Part shown: positions 6,272 through 11,399 of the stretch, piece after piece
Position numbering within the stretch: the first letter of the stretch is position 1
Layout of the letters: every line of letters begins with the position of its first letter
IMG/VR virus record: IMGVR_UViG_2645727593_000020
DNA: 11,399 nucleotides
Reading direction: 5' to 3' (one strand)
From: a virus
Taxonomy: Duplodnaviria > Heunggongvirae > Uroviricota > Caudoviricetes
Position numbers and translations under genes: made by a program
The notes under the pieces: model-generated
What the model was told of the DNA's origin: nothing
Seen by the model: only the letters and a program-made list of their open reading frames with translations
The model's database searches: none

Positions 6272-8693
6272 TAACCTCAAACTCGAAGTGCTGCTGAAAG
6301 CTGTCGACCAGGCGACCCGACCCTTTAAAGCGATCCAGACGGCGAGCAAATCGCTGTCTGGCGATATCCGCACGACTCAGCAATCCCTGCGTGATTTGAA
6401 TGGTCAGGCATCGAAAATCGACGGTTTTCGCAAAACCAGCGCACAACTGGCGGTAACCGGACAGGCACTGGAAAAGGCAAAACAGGAAGCCGCCGAGCTG
6501 GCGGTGCAGTTTAAAAACACGGAACGGCCAACGGCGGCACAGGCCAGAGTGCTGGAATCAGCAAAGCGTTCGGCTGAAGGGTTACAGGCAAAATATAACA
6601 GCCTCACCCAATCGGTGAAGCGGCAACAGACCGAGCTCGGCAAAGCGGGGATTAATACGCGCAATCTGTCGAATGATGAAAGCCGCCTGAAAAACTCTAT
6701 CAATGAAACTACCGCACAACTTAACCGCCAGCGTGAAGCACTGGCGCGGGTCAGCGCGCAACAGGCAAAACTCAGCGCAGTACAAAAACGCTATCAGGCA
6801 GGAAAGGCACTGGCTGGAAATGCGGCATCGATGGGCGCTGCCGGGATAGGCATGGCAACGACCGGAGCGCTTGCCGGTGTTGCACTGATGAAGCCCGGTT
6901 ATGATTTTGCTCAGAAAAACTCTGAGTTACAGGCCGTTCTCGGTGTCGGTAAAGACTCAGCTGATATGGTGGCGCTCCGCAAACAGGCGCGCCAGCTCGG
7001 TGACAACACCGCCGCGTCGGCTGATGATGCTGCCGGTGCTCAGATTATTATTGCAAAGGCTGGCGGCGATGCTGCGGCTATTCAGGCCGCTACCCCCGTA
7101 ACACTCGATATGGCGCTCGCAAACCGTCGAACGATGGAAGAGAACGCCGGGTTATTGATGGGGATGCGCTCTGCCTTCCAGCTTTCAAACGATAAGGTCG
7201 CCCATATCGGTGATGTTCTGTCGATGACGATGAACAAAACCGCCGCCGACTTTGACGGCCTGAGTGATGCGCTGACTTATGCCGCGCCGGTGGCGAAAAA
7301 TGCCGGGGTCAGCATCGAAGAAACAGCCGCAATGGTCGGCGCACTGCATGACGCCAAAATTACGGGATCGATGGCGGGTACGGGGAGCCGTGCCGTATTA
7401 AGTCGCCTGCAGGCTCCAACGGGCAAAGCGTATGACGCCATTAAAGAGCTCGGCGTCAAAACGGCTGATGGTAAGGGGAACACACGTCCAATATTTACCA
7501 TCCTGAAAGAAATGCAGCGGAGTTTTGATAAAAACAACCTCGGCACCGGCCAGCGTGCCGAATATATGAAAACCATTTTCGGTGAAGAGGCCAGCTCGTC
7601 GGCTGCGGTACTCATGACCGCTGCCTCGAGCGGGAAATTAGACCAGCTTACCGCTTCCCTTAAAGCATCGGATGGCAAAACCGCTGAGCTGGTGAAGGTC
7701 ATGCAGGATAACCTCGGCGGCGATTTTAAAGAGTTTCAGTCTGCGTATGAAGCGGTAGGAACCGACCTGTTTGACCAGCAAGAGTCATCATTAAGAAAGC
7801 TGGTACAAACGACGACAGGGTATGTATTGAGGCTCGATAGCTGGATCCAAAAGAACAAATCTCTTGCCACCACGCTGGGTGTCATTACGGCGGCAGCTGT
7901 CGGTATTGTGGGGATGATTGGTGCCATTGGCCTTGTATCGTGGCCGGTAATTACTGGCATTAACGCCATCATTTCGGCGGCTGGTGCGCTTGGTGCGGTC
8001 TTTACGACAATCAGTGGCGGGGTCATTGCGGCTATTGGTGCTATTACGTGGCCTGTCGTGGCGGTAGCGGCGGCTGTTGTCGCTGGCGCGCTGCTTATCC
8101 GTAAATACTGGGAGCCTGTCAGCGCATTCTTTGCCGGTGTGGTCGAGGGGCTCATGAGTGCCTTTGCGCCGGTCGGGGAAATGTTCGCCCCGCTGGCACC
8201 CATTTTCGACGGTCTCGGCGAAAAACTTCGCGGCGTCTGGCAGTGGTTTAAAGACCTGATAGCGCCGGTGAAAGCGACTCAGGACACGCTCAACAGTTGT
8301 CGTGATGTTGGGGTTATGTTCGGTCAGACGCTGGCCGATGCACTGCTGATGCCGCTTAACGCCTTTAACAAGCTGCGAAGCGGGATTGACTGGGTGCTCG
8401 AAAAACTCGGCATTATCAACAAAGAATCCAGCTCACTTGACCAGACTGCGGCGAAAGCCAATGCAGCGACGCAGAACGGTTACAGCCCGGCAATCAGCGC
8501 ATACAACAGCTATCAGCCGGTCACGGCACCCGCCGGTAAAACCTACATCGACCAGAGTCGGCCAATCTATCAAATCACCGTGCCGGGCAATGGTATGCCG
8601 GGAGATCGGTTGGGTAATGATTTGCAGGATGCATTAGAAAAGTATGAGCGCGAGAAGCGCGCCAAAGCCCGCGCAAGCATGATGCATGACTAA
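6264..8693 (+). CDS. T: Tail tape measure protein (P2 gpT homolog), 809 aa
   Basis: Size and position match P2 gpT. The N-terminal half is helical and coiled-coil-like, followed by a Gly/Ala-rich hydrophobic stretch (about aa 530-610). The start overlaps the E+E' stop. Confidence 0.9.
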   Translation: MSNNLKLEVLLKAVDQATRPFKAIQTASKSLSGDIRTTQQSLRDLNGQASKIDGFRKTSAQLAVTGQALEKAKQEAAELAVQFKNTERPTAAQARVLESAKRSAEGLQAKYNSLTQSVKRQQTELGKAGINTRNLSNDESRLKNSINETTAQLNRQREALARVSAQQAKLSAVQKRYQAGKALAGNAASMGAAGIGMATTGALAGVALMKPGYDFAQKNSELQAVLGVGKDSADMVALRKQARQLGDNTAASADDAAGAQIIIAKAGGDAAAIQAATPVTLDMALANRRTMEENAGLLMGMRSAFQLSNDKVAHIGDVLSMTMNKTAADFDGLSDALTYAAPVAKNAGVSIEETAAMVGALHDAKITGSMAGTGSRAVLSRLQAPTGKAYDAIKELGVKTADGKGNTRPIFTILKEMQRSFDKNNLGTGQRAEYMKTIFGEEASSSAAVLMTAASSGKLDQLTASLKASDGKTAELVKVMQDNLGGDFKEFQSAYEAVGTDLFDQQESSLRKLVQTTTGYVLRLDSWIQKNKSLATTLGVITAAAVGIVGMIGAIGLVSWPVITGINAIISAAGALGAVFTTISGGVIAAIGAITWPVVAVAAAVVAGALLIRKYWEPVSAFFAGVVEGLMSAFAPVGEMFAPLAPIFDGLGEKLRGVWQWFKDLIAPVKATQDTLNSCRDVGVMFGQTLADALLMPLNAFNKLRSGIDWVLEKLGIINKESSSLDQTAAKANAATQNGYSPAISAYNSYQPVTAPAGKTYIDQSRPIYQITVPGNGMPGDRLGNDLQDALEKYEREKRAKARASMMHD

Positions 8694-8704
8694 GGAGACT
8701 GATT

Positions 8705-9169
8705 ATGATGCTGGCATTAGGTATGTTTGTTTTTATGCGTCAGACGCTGCCCTACCAGAGCATGCAGCGCAGCGCGGATTATAGCTGGGCGTCAAACTCT
8801 CGCATCGGGAAGCGTGACGCTTTTCAGTATCTCGGCGAGGGGGAAGATAAAATCACCCTGAGCGGTGACCTGTATCCTGAGCTGACCGGCGGTAAGCTCA
8901 CGATGCTGGCGCTTTATGCAATGGCTGAACAGGGGCGCGCATGGCCGCTTATCTCTGGCTCAGGCTGGATTTACGGGATGTTTGTTGTCAGTAATGTCTC
9001 GGAGACCGGCACGGTATTTTTTGAGGATGGGACGCCACGAAAAATCAGCTTCACCCTGTCACTGACCCGTGTCGATGAGTCGCTCGCCGCGGTGTATGGC
9101 GATATTGGAAAACAGGCCGAAAGTCTGGTCGGGAAAGCTGGCGATCTGCTGTCGATGGTGGGGGCGTAA
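8705..9169 (+). CDS. U: Tail protein gpU homolog, 154 aa
   Basis: AGGAG lies upstream of the ATG. The translation MMLALGMFVFMRQTLPYQSMQRS...LYPELTGG... resembles the P2 gpU family; position between T and D. Confidence 0.9.
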   Translation: MMLALGMFVFMRQTLPYQSMQRSADYSWASNSRIGKRDAFQYLGEGEDKITLSGDLYPELTGGKLTMLALYAMAEQGRAWPLISGSGWIYGMFVVSNVSETGTVFFEDGTPRKISFTLSLTRVDESLAAVYGDIGKQAESLVGKAGDLLSMVGA

Positions 9170-9171
9170 TC

Positions 9172-10344
9172 ATGCTGGATATTATCACCGGCGCGGGTGC
9201 CACGCTGACGCCCGACTTTATGCTGACACTGGAAAGCAAAGATATCACCGGCAATATCAGTGACCGGCTGATTAACCTCTCGATGACGGACAATCGGGGT
9301 TTTGAGGCCGACCAGCTCTACATCGAGCTCGACGATACTGACGGTCTGGTCGCATTGCCGATTCGCGGTGCGGTGCTGTCGCTGTATCTCGGGTGGAAAG
9401 GTTTCTCTCTGGTCAGCAAGGGGCGATTTACCGTCGATGAGGTAGAGCACCGGGGGGCGCCGGATACGGTAACCATTCGCGCCCGGGGTGCGGATTTTCG
9501 CGGGACGCTTAATTCCCGTCGTGAGGAGTCATGGCATGACACCACGCTCGGCGCAATCGTCAGCTCGATAGCTGAGCGGAACAAGTTAACGGCCAGCGTC
9601 ACTGATTCTCTTGCGGGGATCCAGATTCCGCATATCGACCAGTCTCAGGAATCCGACGCCGTTTTCCTGACTCGCCTCGCAGAACGCAACGGCGGTGCGG
9701 TCTCAGTGAAAGCGGGTAGATTGCTGATGCTCAAAGCGGGAAGCGGTACCACTGCCAGTGGAAAAGCTATTCCTCAAATTACCATCCAGCGCGGTGACGG
9801 TGACCGGCATCAGTTTGCCATTGCCGACCGTGGCGCTTACACCGGCGTAACCGCTAAGTGGCTGCACACTAAAGACCCGAAACCGGCGAAACAAAAGCAG
9901 ACAGTGAAGCTGAAACGTAAGCCCAAAGAGCAACACCTCCGGGCGCTACAGCACCCGAAAGCAAAACCAGTGAGCAGTAAAGTCACGGCCAAAAAGCAAA
10001 AAGAGCAGGAAGCCCGCGAGGGTGAATACATGGCCGGTGAGGCTGACAACGTTTTCGCGCTGACGACCATTTACGCGACAAAGGCGCAAGCGATGCGTGC
10101 AGCTCAGGCGAAGTGGGATAAATTGCAGCGTGGGGTTGCGGAGTTCTCCATTATGTTAGCGACCGGCCGCGAGGATATTTACCCCGAAACGCCGGTCAGG
10201 GTCTCAGGCTTTAAGAGCGTTATAGACGAGCAAGCATGGATAATCAGCAGGGTGACCCATAATCTCGGTGGGAATGGCTTCACAACGGCTGTAGAGCTTG
10301 AGGTGATGCTTTCGGATGTAGAATATGACACCGACGAATCTTGA
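9172..10344 (+). CDS. D: Tail protein gpD homolog (late control D family), 390 aa
   Basis: The start overlaps the U stop (TAATCATG). Size and sequence are consistent with P2 gpD; it is followed by ogr as in P2. Confidence 0.9.
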   Translation: MLDIITGAGATLTPDFMLTLESKDITGNISDRLINLSMTDNRGFEADQLYIELDDTDGLVALPIRGAVLSLYLGWKGFSLVSKGRFTVDEVEHRGAPDTVTIRARGADFRGTLNSRREESWHDTTLGAIVSSIAERNKLTASVTDSLAGIQIPHIDQSQESDAVFLTRLAERNGGAVSVKAGRLLMLKAGSGTTASGKAIPQITIQRGDGDRHQFAIADRGAYTGVTAKWLHTKDPKPAKQKQTVKLKRKPKEQHLRALQHPKAKPVSSKVTAKKQKEQEAREGEYMAGEADNVFALTTIYATKAQAMRAAQAKWDKLQRGVAEFSIMLATGREDIYPETPVRVSGFKSVIDEQAWIISRVTHNLGGNGFTTAVELEVMLSDVEYDTDES

Positions 10345-10359
10345 TTATACAAACAAAAC

Positions 10360-10387
10360 TTGCAAATGTAAGATTCAAGTTTATTAT
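10360..10387 (+). promoter_or_regulatory. Putative sigma70 promoter for ogr (-35 TTGCAA 10360..10365, -10 TATTAT 10382..10387, 16-bp spacer)
   Basis: Hexamers read directly from the sequence in the D-ogr intergenic region, about 35 bp upstream of the ogr start. P2 ogr is known to have its own promoter. Confidence 0.4.
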
Positions 10388-10420
10388 CCCCCTCAAGTCA
10401 GCAAGGAGAGGGAAGAAATT

Positions 10421-10639
10421 ATGATGCACTGCCCGCTATGTCAGGATGCAGCACACGCACGATCAAGCCGGTACCTGAGCACTGAAACGAAAGAGCGCTA
10501 CCACCAGTGCCAGAACATCAACTGCGGTTGCACTTTCGTCACCCACGAGAGCCTTGCTCGTTTTATCGTGAAGCCAGGAGAAATTGAACCCGCCCCACCC
10601 CACCCGTCTAAATACCAACAACATCAGCTCTGGCTTTAA
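10421..10639 (+). CDS. ogr: Zinc-finger late-gene transcriptional activator Ogr, 72-73 aa
   Basis: MMHCPLCQDAAHARSSRYLSTETKERYHQCQNINCGCTFVTHE...IVKPGE... has the CxxC...CxxxxC zinc-binding pattern of P2 Ogr / P4 Delta. The start is at ATG 10421 or 10424, preceded by AAGGAGAGGGAAG. The 104-aa ORF-track version (from 10325) overlaps the D 3' end and is rejected as the real start. Confidence 0.85.
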   Translation: MMHCPLCQDAAHARSSRYLSTETKERYHQCQNINCGCTFVTHESLARFIVKPGEIEPAPPHPSKYQQHQLWL

Positions 10640-10643
10640 ATCA

Positions 10644-10664
10644 AAGGCCTGCTTTGCAGGCCTT
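10644..10664. terminator. Bidirectional stem-loop terminator shared by ogr (+) and the convergent minus-strand ORF
   Basis: AAGGCCTGC-TTT-GCAGGCCTT is a perfect 9-bp stem with a 3-nt loop. It is followed by CTTGTAT on the plus strand and by a T-rich stretch on the minus strand. It lies between the ogr stop (10639) and the minus-ORF stop (10677..10679). Confidence 0.55.
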
Positions 10665-10676
10665 CTTGTATCAAAC

Positions 10677-11399
10677 TTAGATTGGTAATGAAAAAGCTAT
10701 CGCCTTGCAGATATGTTGCTTTGTTAACGCAGGATGTGTTGAAGCAAAAAGCGATAAAAAGCTTTTAGCTTCAACCGAATCATCATTAAGCGAAATATTA
10801 TCTTTGATGAATGGATGAAGTGCGATTCCAGCGCTCATAGATAACGGCACATAGTTGATGAATATATCTTCTTTTGTGAGACCTAGCTGGTTTGCTTGTG
10901 CTTCAAATGAATTAGCATCTAAATAATCACGTATACGTTCTTTGGCCTCTGGTCGGAGTCTCGATTCTTGACGCGGCAGAGAAAGCATCTTATCAATATC
11001 TCCCCATGAGATAGGAACCTCAAAATAGCCACCACCTTCTTCCTCTGGAGGTGCCGGGAAATTCACATAAAAATAGTTTTTTTGCTGTGTAGGGTCGTTC
11101 ATGGACTGACGATGATAGTTATAAATACTTCTAATACGGTTGGCCTTGTTATGATGCCGAGCATTTCGAATAACAAGCATCATTAATAATTCAGGTTTCA
11201 AATACCAGTCAGGCTCTAATCCATTGCTTTGCATGTTGTCATACAAATTATGAAAAGCATTAAGTTGTGTATTCAGGCCCGATTCTAAATTGCCAATTGC
11301 TTCAGCACGATCAATAGCCAACAAACGCTGTAGTGACCAGTTAGACTCTAATAAAACCCGAAAGGCCTGTGCAAGATCTTCAAAAGAGTGGGAAAGCAT
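10677..11399 (-). CDS. Hypothetical protein, at least 240 aa, AT-rich accessory gene; 5' end may extend beyond the window
   Basis: Long minus-strand ORF running to the window edge in visibly AT-rich DNA, convergent to ogr. Contains an R-x4-H patch (VIRNARHH, aa 78-83) of the type seen in HEPN-like nuclease folds, and an acidic/Gly patch PPEEEGGG. No confident family assignment. Confidence 0.5.
   Translation of the reverse strand: MLSHSFEDLAQAFRVLLESNWSLQRLLAIDRAEAIGNLESGLNTQLNAFHNLYDNMQSNGLEPDWYLKPELLMMLVIRNARHHNKANRIRSIYNYHRQSMNDPTQQKNYFYVNFPAPPEEEGGGYFEVPISWGDIDKMLSLPRQESRLRPEAKERIRDYLDANSFEAQANQLGLTKEDIFINYVPLSMSAGIALHPFIKDNISLNDDSVEAKSFLSLFASTHPALTKQHICKAIAFSLPI

Noticed and set aside
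6222-10070. Numerous 60-160-aa ORFs inside T, U and D on both strands (for example 6404..6703, 7277..7702, 7736..8203, 8386..8637, 8971..9450, 9318..9602, 9837..10070)
   Set aside because: All are embedded within or antisense to the long, well-supported tail genes and have Ala/Arg/Ser/Pro-biased translations typical of off-frame reading of GC-rich coding DNA.
10325-10420. N-terminal extension of Ogr (104-aa ORF-track version)
   Set aside because: It overlaps the 3' end of D and precedes the ribosome-binding site. P2-family Ogr is about 72 aa and begins at the MxHCPLC motif, so the real start is at 10421 or 10424.
1-11399. CRISPR arrays, rRNA/tRNA genes, IS elements or transposase genes
   Set aside because: No regularly spaced direct repeats, no RNA-gene-like structures and no transposase-like ORF were seen. 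The only recombinases are the serine invertase and the truncated tyrosine integrase.

Overview
This window is the tail-gene end of a P2-like (Peduovirus-type) myovirus prophage, with AT-rich accessory DNA on both flanks. The core on the + strand is FI (sheath), FII (tube), E and E+E' (chaperone pair made by a -1 frameshift), T (tape measure), U, D and ogr (zinc-finger late activator), all apparently intact. Upstream of FI lies a Mu G-segment-like invertible tail-fibre cassette (about 1448..3359) with two alternative fibre C-terminal segments, two tail-fibre assembly genes and an intact Hin/Gin/Pin-family serine invertase (3414..3992). The constant N-terminal part of the fibre gene is absent: the left recombination site abuts a 5'-truncated tyrosine-integrase fragment followed by an AT-rich gene for a 309-aa four-helix membrane protein (204..1133, minus strand). 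A second AT-rich minus-strand ORF (10677..11399, running to the window edge) sits convergent to ogr. These two uncharacterised accessory genes are the best candidates for an undescribed function such as anti-phage defence or superinfection exclusion, but nothing in the sequence proves that. All calls rest on reading the supplied translations and sequence by eye; no database search was run. No tRNA, rRNA, CRISPR array or IS element was seen.
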